In this document: positions 6,110 to 15,800 of the stretch, piece by piece
Numbering within the stretch: position 1 is the first letter of the stretch
Layout of the letters: each line of letters opens with the position of its first letter
Assembly: GCA_041674405.1 (NCBI GenBank)
Contig: JBAYVT010000001.1
Coordinates: 150,001 to 182,000, forward strand
From: Patescibacteria group bacterium
Lineage (GTDB): Bacteria; Patescibacteriota; UBA1384; XYA2-FULL-43-10
Direction: 5' to 3'
Length of the DNA stretch: 32,000 bases
Made by a program: the position numbers and the translations under genes
The notes under the pieces: generated by a model
The model's input: only the letters and a program-made list of their open reading frames with translations
Database searches by the model: none
What the model was told of the DNA's origin: nothing

Positions 6110-9100
6110 CTAAATCACGATATTTACAATTTTTCCAGGTACGACGATTACTTTTTTAATCTCTTTGCCAGTAATAAATGCGCTGACTTTTTCACTATTT
6201 TTAGCAGCTTCCTCGAGGGCAGTTTTTTCAATATCTTTATCTACTTCGATGACATCGCGAAGTTTGCCATTGACCTGAATGGCAATTTTGATCTTATCGT
6301 CGCCTTTCAAGCTTTCATCAAATTTCGGCCAAGCTGAATTTGAAACCAAACCCTCGTTGCCGAGCTTTTCCCATAATTCTTCGGCCAAATGAGGAGCAGC
6401 CGGTGCTAGAAGCTGGCAGAATACACCAAATGATTTTTTACTAATTTCTTTCTCGGCCGACATAAGATTGTTGAAAGTCATAAGTTTGGCAACATAAGTA
6501 TTCAAGTTGAATCGCTCAAGATCGTTCTCAACAGCAAAGACTAATTTATTTACAGCAACTGCAAGATTATCACTATCAACTTTACCAGAGACTTTGTCCG
6601 AGTTTTCCCAAACTTTATTAAGAAATCTTGAAACGCCAGATAAGCCGTCCATGTTCCAGGCGGATTCTTTATCATACGGCCCGATGAACATAATGTAGGT
6701 GCGAAGCGCATCGGCACCATAGCGCTTCACAACATCATCCGGATTGACCACATTCCCCCGCGATTTGCTCATTTTTTGGTTGTCCGCGCCAAGTATGATC
6801 CCGTGAGCGATTCGTTTGTTATATGGCTCAAGCGTTGGCACTTTGCCAAGATCATATAGAAATTTGTGCCAAAAACGCGAATACAAAAGGTGCAAAGTTG
6901 TATGTTCGTTGCCGCCATTGTAAAGATCAACCGGCATCCAATATTTCAATTCTTTGACTGATGCTGAGAAAATGTCTTCGCTTGATTCATAATTCTTGAT
7001 TCTTGATTCTTGATTCATTGCGTAAGCGATGAAGTACCACGATGATCCCGCCCAGTTTGGCATCGTATCGGTCTCGCGCTTGGCGGGGCCGCCGCACTTC
7101 GGGCAGGTTGTATTTACCCAGTCGGTAATTGCGGCAAGCGGGGACTCACCGGTATCGGTCGGCTCATACTTTTCAACCTCCGGTAAAGTAAGTGGTAAAT
7201 CTTTCTCATCCATCGGCACAGTCCCGCACTTCTCGCAGTGGATGATAGGGATCGGCTCGCCCCAGTAGTGCTGGCGGGAAAATATCCAGTCACGAAGCTT
7301 GAAATTGACTGCGAAATCCCCGGCACCCATTTCCTTGAGCTTCTCGGTTATTTTCTTTTTACCTTCTTCTGATGTTAACCCATCAAACTCTTTGGAATTG
7401 GCAAGAACGCCATATTCCTCAAATGAATGTGCTGGATTATGAAAGCGGTCACGGACAATTTCATGCTCTATCGGCAGGACATATCCTTTGATATTCTCAA
7501 TTTCATCCCAATCCGCCCAGAACGGTTCGCTTTCCTCTGCCTCTTCTTTGGATAACGGCTCCTGCTCCTCATCAAGCAACTCGAAAGCCAAAGGATAATA
7601 TGTAGCTTTTCTATTCACATTTTTGTGAGTTGCATGGAAATGGACTTCCATCGGGCCGCCTAAGTTTCGAACGAATTTGACGTTCTTGTAACCGGTTTCT
7701 TCTAAAATCTCGCGCTTGGCGGTATCAACGATTGATTCACCTGGCTCAATGCCGCCGATAACCAACCCGATCCAAGGAAACTTCTTCCACTTAAGGGCTA
7801 GAACTTTGTTATTTTTGGGATTTATTACCACGGCATAAACCTGCTTTCGCTCGACTGTCTCTACGCCATCGATTGGCGGATCATTTTTATCAATTAGTTT
7901 AGGAATGATAACTTCCTTGATTGGAATATTGTATTTTTCGGCAAATTCAAAATCCCTCTGGTCGTGCGCAGGCACCGCCATCACGGCACCGGTTCCATAG
8001 GTTGCGAGAACATAATCAGCAATCCACACAGAAACTTCCTCGCCGTTTATCGGATTTATAGCTTTAATTCCTTTTAATTCCACTCCAGTCTTGTCTTTGG
8101 CAAGCTCAGTCCTGTCCATATCTGACTTTTTCTTCGCATTTTCAATATAGTTTTCCACATCTTTGACATTTGATATTTGATCTTTGATTTTGTCAACGAG
8201 TTCGTGTTCCGGCGCTAATACTATATATGTCACGCCGAAAAGCGTATCCGCGCGAGTAGTGTAGACCTTGATAATATTATCATTTAAGGATTCCAGAAAC
8301 TTGGCTCTTTCAAGATCATTTTTTCCGGCTCTGCGTTCTTTTTGGGCGGTAATCTTATAACAATTTGCCAGCCATTTTGCATCGGGAACTAAAAATTCAT
8401 GCCCGTCCAGTTCTTTTATAGTATCTCCCAGATCATGATCAAGTGTCCCAATCTCAATGTTGAAATCATCAGTACGAAAGACGCAAACCTGAAATTTTCC
8501 GTTGTCCTTATCTTCAATTTTACTGTAACCAAGTTCAGAAAAGATTTTTTTGCTTTCATCAAAATCTTTGGCCAAAACTCCCAAATCAACATCTGCAGGA
8601 TTTTCAAAAATATTTCCGCAATATCCAGCAACTGCAAAAGTACCATTAACCCAGAGTTTGATATTGCGCTTTTTAAATTCTGAATTGATCCTATCAATCG
8701 CTTCAAGCATTTTATTTGTTTTGTCAGAAATATTGGCATTCCCAAGATCAACTTTTTCTGAAGTTTGCTCCGCTTCGGTTGAAATGACAATTTTAAAATC
8801 AATTTCCGTTCCCTCGGATCGGCCAATCCAGTTTATCTGCTGGGTTTTGATATTCTCAAGATAATCAACGGTATCGAGATCCTTGATCAATCTATCTGCA
8901 TAGGCTGTGATACGGAGCATCCATTGCTTCTGTTTGCGTTTTTCTGTCTGCGCGCCGCAGCGTTCACAATTTCCGCCGATCACCTCTTCGTTGGCGAGGA
9001 TGATTTTGCATGATGGGCACCAGTTAACTGGCATCTCGGCCTGAAATGCCAAGCGTGGAGTTTCTTTGTCGTCATCGGCAACTTCGACAAGCTTGCCGTT

Positions 9101-9553
9101 GACAATCGCGTGCTTATAGAACTGCATGAATATCCACTGCGTCCATTTATAATAATTGGGATCAGTAGTATTGACCTCGCGACCCCAATCGAAGGAATAG
9201 CCAAGCGATTTCATCTGCTTTTTGAAGGTCGCAATACTTAGTGTGGTAACGTCTCTTGGTTTTGTCTTGGTTTTAATTGCGTAATTCTCTGTCGGCAGAC
9301 CAAATGCGTCCCAACCCATTGGAAAAAGAACATTGTAGCCTTGCATCCTTTTCATACGCGTAAACGCATCCGAGGCGGTGTAACCCATGCAGTGTCCAAC
9401 GTGCAATCCTGATCCGGAAGGATAAGGGAACTCCATGAGGGAGTAGAACTTCGGCTTATCGGAAAAATCAATGGACTGGCCGTATTTCGCCTCTTCCCAG
9501 GCCTTCTGCCATTTAGATTCAATTTTTTCAAAATCGTATTTTGCCATAATCAA
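6110..9553 (-). CDS. leuS: Leucyl-tRNA synthetase, 1147 aa, enlarged by two inserted domains
   Basis: Motifs present: PYPSGSGLHVGHCMGY (HIGH), WIGRSEG, TTRADTLFGVTYIVLAPEH (editing domain), AHDQRDFEFAEKY, RDWIFSRQHYWGEPIP and KMSKSRGN. Confidence 0.97.
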   Translation of the reverse strand: MIMAKYDFEKIESKWQKAWEEAKYGQSIDFSDKPKFYSLMEFPYPSGSGLHVGHCMGYTASDAFTRMKRMQGYNVLFPMGWDAFGLPTENYAIKTKTKPRDVTTLSIATFKKQMKSLGYSFDWGREVNTTDPNYYKWTQWIFMQFYKHAIVNGKLVEVADDDKETPRLAFQAEMPVNWCPSCKIILANEEVIGGNCERCGAQTEKRKQKQWMLRITAYADRLIKDLDTVDYLENIKTQQINWIGRSEGTEIDFKIVISTEAEQTSEKVDLGNANISDKTNKMLEAIDRINSEFKKRNIKLWVNGTFAVAGYCGNIFENPADVDLGVLAKDFDESKKIFSELGYSKIEDKDNGKFQVCVFRTDDFNIEIGTLDHDLGDTIKELDGHEFLVPDAKWLANCYKITAQKERRAGKNDLERAKFLESLNDNIIKVYTTRADTLFGVTYIVLAPEHELVDKIKDQISNVKDVENYIENAKKKSDMDRTELAKDKTGVELKGIKAINPINGEEVSVWIADYVLATYGTGAVMAVPAHDQRDFEFAEKYNIPIKEVIIPKLIDKNDPPIDGVETVERKQVYAVVINPKNNKVLALKWKKFPWIGLVIGGIEPGESIVDTAKREILEETGYKNVKFVRNLGGPMEVHFHATHKNVNRKATYYPLAFELLDEEQEPLSKEEAEESEPFWADWDEIENIKGYVLPIEHEIVRDRFHNPAHSFEEYGVLANSKEFDGLTSEEGKKKITEKLKEMGAGDFAVNFKLRDWIFSRQHYWGEPIPIIHCEKCGTVPMDEKDLPLTLPEVEKYEPTDTGESPLAAITDWVNTTCPKCGGPAKRETDTMPNWAGSSWYFIAYAMNQESRIKNYESSEDIFSASVKELKYWMPVDLYNGGNEHTTLHLLYSRFWHKFLYDLGKVPTLEPYNKRIAHGIILGADNQKMSKSRGNVVNPDDVVKRYGADALRTYIMFIGPYDKESAWNMDGLSGVSRFLNKVWENSDKVSGKVDSDNLAVAVNKLVFAVENDLERFNLNTYVAKLMTFNNLMSAEKEISKKSFGVFCQLLAPAAPHLAEELWEKLGNEGLVSNSAWPKFDESLKGDDKIKIAIQVNGKLRDVIEVDKDIEKTALEEAAKNSEKVSAFITGKEIKKVIVVPGKIVNIVI
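7415..7905 (-). other. Nudix hydrolase domain inserted in LeuRS
   Basis: Between ...EKYNIPIKEV and GVLANSKEFDGL the protein contains GGIEPGESIVDTAKREILEETGY (7688-7756), a canonical Nudix box GX5EX7REUXEEXGU. Confidence 0.8.
8270..8790 (-). other. ~170-aa insertion in LeuRS with a nucleotidyltransferase-fold-like signature
   Basis: It lies between EGTEIDFK and VYTTRADTLFG, which are only a few residues apart in the LeuRS sequences I recall. LWVNGTFAVAGYCGNIFENPADVDLGV resembles the G-x(n)-DxD pattern of ANT(2'')/Lnu-type nucleotidyltransferases. Confidence 0.45.
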
Positions 9554-9596
9554 AATTTAGCACGATCAATCTAATTAATCAACGCTGATAGTATAT

Positions 9597-10337
9597 CTAT
9601 GGTAGGCGACAAAAAAGTACTTCTTGTTGGTAATCTTTCGTTTCTGCAATTATTTTTCCCTCCGTTGAAAATAAGTAACCACCTCCCGGAAAATCATCAT
9701 CCATATTTCGTCCAGACTGAGTCGCGACAGCAATATTGATTTTATTTTCTCTGGCATAATTTCCAATTTTTGTAATGCAATTATTTTTCCACCACAAATA
9801 GCCCTTCTCCCAGTTACGATTTTCTCGATCGCCATACAAATCAGGAGATGCGCACTCAAACACTACTTTGCAACCCTTGGTTGCATATTCTTTATATAAT
9901 TCTGGCAAATCAATATCAGCACAAATTGTAATGCCGAACCTTACTCCACCCAAATCAAAAATTGGTGATTCAACTCCAGAAGAAAAAATCTTCTCCTCTC
10001 CGCTTTGGACATTATGCTTACGGTAAACACCTACGATTTTCCCATTTTGAGCAAAAATTTGGGTAATGTGATATCCGGAATTGTCTTTTTCTCCTATTCC
10101 AAACAAAATTGCAATATCCTTGCTTGCTCCAACAACTTTCTTTACAGGTTTGCTCTCTAATTCCAGACATGTATCGATATAATTATTTTCTGTAAAATAA
10201 CCCGTTAGACTCATTTCCGGGAACACGGCTACATCCGCCTTTGCTTTTGCTGCAAAAGAAATATAATCGGACATTCTCTCCGAATTAATTTTGATTTCAC
10301 CCTTTGCTGAGGGCATTTGAACCAAAGCTATTTTCAT
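9597..10337 (-). CDS. Carbon-nitrogen hydrolase (nitrilase superfamily)
   Basis: MKIALVQM..., FPEMSLTGY (Glu), YRKHN (Lys) and ITICADI (Cys) give the E-K-C triad context. An ATGA start/stop overlap joins it to the upstream Nudix gene. Confidence 0.85.
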   Translation of the reverse strand: MKIALVQMPSAKGEIKINSERMSDYISFAAKAKADVAVFPEMSLTGYFTENNYIDTCLELESKPVKKVVGASKDIAILFGIGEKDNSGYHITQIFAQNGKIVGVYRKHNVQSGEEKIFSSGVESPIFDLGGVRFGITICADIDLPELYKEYATKGCKVVFECASPDLYGDRENRNWEKGYLWWKNNCITKIGNYARENKINIAVATQSGRNMDDDFPGGGYLFSTEGKIIAETKDYQQEVLFCRLP

Positions 10338-10768
10338 TGTTTATTCGTTAAATATTTAACAAGTTTTTCTTTTGCAAATGTTGGATAAAGATTTGGGGTT
10401 TTTGAAATGTCGTCGAAATCCATCCAGTGAATATAGTATTGATTATTTGAATCAGTCAACATTTTTCGCGGTTCGTTGAGTTTCGGTTTTCCGCTGAATT
10501 TATCAATCAAGAAAAAGTAGCTGGTTCTACCAATATCATTTCCATTCTTTTCAACATATCCCTCAAACAAAAGTTTTCCAGTTTCAGCATCAATACCGAG
10601 TTCTTCTTTCAATTCGCGCTTCGCTGTTTGCTCGAGACTTTCTCCTTCCTCGACTCCACCGCCGGGAAAGCTAAAATATTCTTCTCCATCCTTGATCCTA
10701 CGAAACAGGAGAATTTTATTATCTTTCAATATAATCCCGCACGCTCTTTGGGTTATCCTAAAATTCAT
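10334..10768 (-). CDS. Nudix hydrolase
   Basis: GGGVEEGESLEQTAKRELKEELGI is a perfect Nudix box. Confidence 0.9.
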   Translation of the reverse strand: MNFRITQRACGIILKDNKILLFRRIKDGEEYFSFPGGGVEEGESLEQTAKRELKEELGIDAETGKLLFEGYVEKNGNDIGRTSYFFLIDKFSGKPKLNEPRKMLTDSNNQYYIHWMDFDDISKTPNLYPTFAKEKLVKYLTNKQ

Positions 10769-10865
10769 AAACGTCTGTTTAATATTTAGTTGAACAATGA
10801 TATTTTATCATGCACATTAGCTGCATGACTAATAATTTTCTAGTTAATTCTTGATATTAGAAATC

Positions 10866-10924
10866 TTATCGAAATCCATCCAATGGATATAGTGCTAGTT
10901 GTTAGAATCACTCAGCATTTTCCC
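10866..10924 (-). pseudogene. Relic of the C-terminal end of a second Nudix gene
   Basis: 10866-10924 aligns to 10410-10468 inside the intact Nudix gene at about 43 of 59 nt by hand. It translates as MLSDSNN*HYIHWMDFDKIS, against MLTDSNNQYYIHWMDFDDIS, so it carries an in-frame stop. It overlaps the 3' end of the methyltransferase gene in another frame. Confidence 0.7.
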
Positions 10925-11643
10925 AGAATTACAAAATATTGAGGAGAATTATTTTCGAAAATTTTAAGTATTTTCCAACCCGTCGGGCGAATTAGTTGCT
11001 CTAATTCACTCGGTGACAGATAGAGATATTCAAACCAGGGACCCGTGATGTCATCATATCGTACTCTCAATTTTACCTCTCCGGAAAGTTTGCCCTTTTT
11101 TAGGTTACAATTAAAATATGATCGATAGGCTGGATCATAAATCTTGTCCGGATTTGAACTCTCGGCAATAATAATAGCATTGTCACTTCCAGCACCATGG
11201 AGTCGTCTAAGAATTTCAGGGGCTTTTATTTGATTTTGCAATAGGCCCAAGTTATTACCCATTAACAAAAAGGTGTCATACTTCAAATCTAACGAATCAT
11301 TTATGTTCTCAATTTGACCGATTAATGATTTCTTTATACCTTGCATCTTGCACACCCTGATAGCGAGCGGAGAAGGGTCCATAGCTGTGACGTCTAATCC
11401 TTTTTCTTGTAAGTACAGGGCGTGTCTACCTGGTCCACACCCAATATCTAAAATCTTACCTTTGGCAAAGCCAACTGCAATAATCTCATTTTTGCTCCAT
11501 TGTTCTGATTTTATAAAATAAAAATTTCCCGCAGATACTTCCGTTAAGCCATCATCTCTTTCGATTAGGAGAACATTGTCTTTGCCATTAAAACAATCCC
11601 AAATCTGTCTCCCAAAGGCATCATTATTTCTTTTTGCCTTCAT
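10912..11643 (-). CDS. Class I SAM-dependent methyltransferase
   Basis: ILDIGCGPGRHALYLQEKGLDVTAMDPSP is motif I plus the acidic loop. The track ORF extends to 11682; ATG 11643 (MKAKRNN...) is an equally plausible start. Confidence 0.8.
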   Translation of the reverse strand: MKAKRNNDAFGRQIWDCFNGKDNVLLIERDDGLTEVSAGNFYFIKSEQWSKNEIIAVGFAKGKILDIGCGPGRHALYLQEKGLDVTAMDPSPLAIRVCKMQGIKKSLIGQIENINDSLDLKYDTFLLMGNNLGLLQNQIKAPEILRRLHGAGSDNAIIIAESSNPDKIYDPAYRSYFNCNLKKGKLSGEVKLRVRYDDITGPWFEYLYLSPSELEQLIRPTGWKILKIFENNSPQYFVILGKC

Positions 11644-11828
11644 GTTTAAAAACCAGTAATATATTTGTAGCATACACTTCAATATTAACTATAATTTGAG
11701 CAAAAACACAATTGATGATTCTCTAAATCATGAAGGAATCCTGATGGCTCAGCATATTAGTTGCATAACTATCCTTAAATAAAAACAGTTTGCAAGAGTA
11801 TCAACTCATCAAATTGTGGAAGGAAATA

Positions 11829-12848
11829 ATGGTAGAAGGAAAATTTTATTTTTCACATGAACATGAGCAGCATACAGGCTTTACAGACAGTGAAGGAAAT
11901 GATTGGGATGTACCTGGGCGGCTGGAGAAAATTGTCTCATGGATTGCCAGAAGGTATGGAGAAAATTATTTAAATGTTCTGCAAGAAATAAACGAGTCTG
12001 ATTTTATTGATATAATTCGGCGGGTTCACGAAGCCGAAATGATAGAGGAACTGAAACAAACTAGCCTAAGAGCAAAGGATGGCGAAGCCCTAATTACGTC
12101 ATTTGACTCAGATAAGGAAACGAGCGTTACTCCTGTTTCGAGACATACATATAAAAGCGCACTTGCTGCGGTAAAATGCTCTCTTTCAGCAGCCGAAATG
12201 TTGAAAAGCTCTCGGTCAAACCTTGCTGTCGCCTTATCACGCCCTCCAGGACATCACGCTGGGAAAAATTATTATCATGGTTTTTGTTACATGAACAATA
12301 TTGCTGTCGCAGCCGAATCTTTAAAAGAGGATGGAGAAAGAGTAGCAATTCTGGATATTGACGCTCATCATGGCGACGGAACTCAACAAATCTTCCAAGA
12401 TGACTCAAGCGTATTTTACTCTTCGCTTCACGCTGATCCAAATCTGGTGCTTCCGCATACCGGAAAGTCTGACGAGATCGGTAATGACGGAAGTATTTTG
12501 AATCTCCCTTATTCAATTGGTATCTCGACAGAAGAATATTTGACCTTGCTGAATTTTTCGCTTAAACATATCCAAATGTTTGACCCGCAATATCTGTTAA
12601 TATCGGCTGGATTTGATACCCACAAACGCGAATTTGAATCGATGGGCTTGCCACCAGTTACGCAGCTTGATTCACCCGACTACGAGGAGATAGGGCGGAT
12701 GATTGGATCATTGTCTTTGCCAACTGGGGTGGTTCTTGAAGGGGGTTACAACCAAACTGCGTTGAGCGAAGCTTTGATGAATTTTACTATTGGCCTGGAG
12801 AACAGCTTAAAAACCAAGCCATGCTTTGACTTTTTTGCTCTAAAGTGA
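11829..12848 (+). CDS. Histone-deacetylase-family amidohydrolase (AcuC / acetylpolyamine amidohydrolase-like)
   Basis: Motifs RPPGHHAG, DIDAHHGDGTQ, SAGFDTH and EGGYN. ATG 11829 is preceded by GGAAGGAAAT; the track start TTG 11790 is an alternative. The gene ends 13 nt before NRPS-1. Confidence 0.85.
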   Translation: MVEGKFYFSHEHEQHTGFTDSEGNDWDVPGRLEKIVSWIARRYGENYLNVLQEINESDFIDIIRRVHEAEMIEELKQTSLRAKDGEALITSFDSDKETSVTPVSRHTYKSALAAVKCSLSAAEMLKSSRSNLAVALSRPPGHHAGKNYYHGFCYMNNIAVAAESLKEDGERVAILDIDAHHGDGTQQIFQDDSSVFYSSLHADPNLVLPHTGKSDEIGNDGSILNLPYSIGISTEEYLTLLNFSLKHIQMFDPQYLLISAGFDTHKREFESMGLPPVTQLDSPDYEEIGRMIGSLSLPTGVVLEGGYNQTALSEALMNFTIGLENSLKTKPCFDFFALK

Positions 12849-12861
12849 GTATTATTTTGCT

Positions 12862-15800
12862 ATGTATAATGTTAAGCTACTACATGATTTTTTTGTGTTT
12901 CAGTCTCAAAAAAATCCCAATCAAATTGCCGTCGTTGATTTCAAAAAATCCTATACCTATAAAGAAATCGAAACAAGCGCTAATCGCCTTGCTTTTGAAT
13001 TGACCAGTCACTCCCCTGCGCTTCAACAGGATAAAATCGGATTTTTTACAGATCGTTCGGTTGATTCGATAATTATTATGCTTGGCATATTAAAATCAGG
13101 CCATGCTTTTGTTCCTATCGATCCCAACCTACCAGCAAAGCGCATCGAATATATTTGCGATAAAGCCACGATTAAAACTATCGTTTCAGGAAACACAGAA
13201 TATTATTCAAGCAAAAAACAAACAATTATTCACCTTCGGTCGATCATAACCGTCAAAGATTTCAAGTATAAAGAAATAAAAATTCCAGACGATAGAATTG
13301 CATATTGTCTATTTACATCAGGATCAACGGGGAGACCTAAGGGGGCGCTGATCAAACACTCCGGTATTGTACAATCTATTAAAAACTTTAAAAAGGCATA
13401 TCATTTTGATAAAAACAGCAAGGTACTTCAATTTGCTAGCCTATCGTATGATGCGTCCCTATCAGAGATTTTCCCAACTTTTGCTGCCGGTGGAACTATT
13501 TATATTCCGCCCAGAGAAGTGATTTTAGATATTGATAAGTTATCATCATACATTATCGAGTCAGGTATAACAGCAGCAATATTTCCGCCTACTGTTATCG
13601 GGCACCTTAACAAAGATTCTCTTTCTTCACTCTCAACTTTAGTGTCCGCAGGCGAAGAATGCCCTGCTGATTTAGCAAATAGAATGTATGAATTGGTTCC
13701 ACATTTTATTAACGCATACGGACCCACAGAAGCTTCAGTAGGAGTTACCACCTTTGAACTAGACCGGAAAATAAAAAATGCAGTTCCTATTGGCAAAGCT
13801 TTACCTGGATACAAGATTTATATATTAAACAAGGTTGGTCAAAGAGTCTCTATTGGCCAAATTGGCGAACTCTGTATAGGCGGCGTTGGAGTTTTTGCCG
13901 GTTATATCGGGGATAGCGCAAAAACTCACGAAGTTTTAATCCCTAATCCTTTTGGCGTCGGTTATCTGTATAAGACCGGCGATCTTGTAAAACAAGATGC
14001 GAATGGGCAAATTTATTATGTTGGAAGGAATGACTTTCAAATAAAATTACATAGCATTAGGATGAGCCCGGAAGAAATCGAAAGAGAAATTAAGAAGCTG
14101 CCAAAAATCAATGAATGCGTGGTTGTTGATGGATGTCTTGAAAGTAACAAGGAACACAAATTGGTCTGTTATTTTACTGCCTCAGAAGATTTAAATTTAA
14201 CAGTAACACGAGATATCCTTCGTTCCAAGTTGCAACCACATATGATTCCCCAGGTTTTCATCCATATTCCTTCAATGCCTCTGACCCCAAGCGGAAAAAT
14301 CGACCGACATGCACTTCAAATAAAACCCGTCAGAATAAAAACTGAGACAGATACTCTTAACGACAGCGTAATTTCTGACTCTCCAATAGCACGCATATGG
14401 AAAGATATTTTGGGCACGAACTCCGTGTCTCTTGAAGACAACTTTTTTGAATTAGGCGGATCATCTATCTCCGCCATGCGGATCGTCTCGAAGATTAATA
14501 AAAATACAGACTTTCATGCAAACATAAATTTAATTTTTGAATATCCTGTTTTTAATGATTTCGTTCGCGCCCTAGAAAAAGAAGCTTCAGAGACAGAAAA
14601 AGAACATGATAAGACATTTGCAGACCAAAAGTTAACAGACCCAGAAAAGTTATTTTGGGCCGCCAACTATACTTCCAAGAAACCGGAAGCATATACACTA
14701 ACTGAAGTGTTTGAACTTAATGGACAAATAAATACAAACAGACTTCAAAGAAGTTTCGAGTTTCTAATTAGTCAATTTCCTAAATTACGCACCAATTTCA
14801 GATTTAGGTTCGATAAAATTGAAAAAGTGATTAAAAATGAAAAATCATATCCGTTCTGTCTCCGTGATTATTCAAATCTGGATATCTCCAGAGCAAGAAA
14901 AAAGGCCAGGCAAACCCAGGAACATATTGCCAACATTCCCATGGATCTGGAAAAAGACTGGCTCTTTGTAGCCTATTATTTGAAATTGTCTGAAGTAGAA
15001 GGACTGCTGATCTTCCATGCCCATCACATTGTTATGGACGCCAGAGCAATGGAAATTATATCTAAAAAATTTTGGGATTATTATGAACACCATCAAGATT
15101 ACAAGTTGGTGGAAAATATTAATTCTATGCATTCACAACCTACAGATGATGAAAAAACCTTTTGGAAAGAATATTTGTCCCGAGCAGATGATAATTTGAC
15201 TTCATTGCCATATGACAATCCCAAGAATGAAACAACAGAAAACAATGGAAAGACTATTATACATCCATTACCTTTGCGATTGGCCCGAGAAGGATCCAAA
15301 ACTGCTACGGCTCTAGGCATTACCCCTTTCTCTCTTTTTCGAAATATTTTTTCCTTACTCCTTCATCGTCTTTCAAATCAGGTTAATTTAACTGTTGGCA
15401 CGGCTGTCAGCCTGCGAGATGACAACAGTGAAAATGATATTGGTGTTTTCTTAAATACATTACCTATCCGGTCAACTTTGCGGAGCGGAGAACCAATAGA
15501 AAAATATCTAGTAAGACAAAATAAGGAATTTATACATTGCTTTAAACACAGGAACCTTTCACTACCTCATATTCTCAAACTAATTCAGAATGACTGCAAA
15601 AAAGACTCTCAGCCCCTATTTAATGTAATGTTTGATTATATTGCTGAAGAAGGCACTTCTAAGGTAATCGGTTTGCAAGTAAAACGTCAAAGGGCCTTTC
15701 CGGCAACTGCACTTTTTGATCTTACCCTCACGGTCAAAGAATTAAATTGCGGTTTTGAATTGCTGTGGGAATATAACACCAATCTATTTAACGAGAAAAC

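Noticed and set aside
6993-7013. Three perfect tandem copies of the heptamer TTCTTGA inside leuS
   Set aside because: It encodes a variable surface stretch (NQESRIKNYESS) in frame. Any slippage of a 7-nt unit would inactivate an essential gene, so phase variation is implausible. It is probably a chance or low-complexity repeat.
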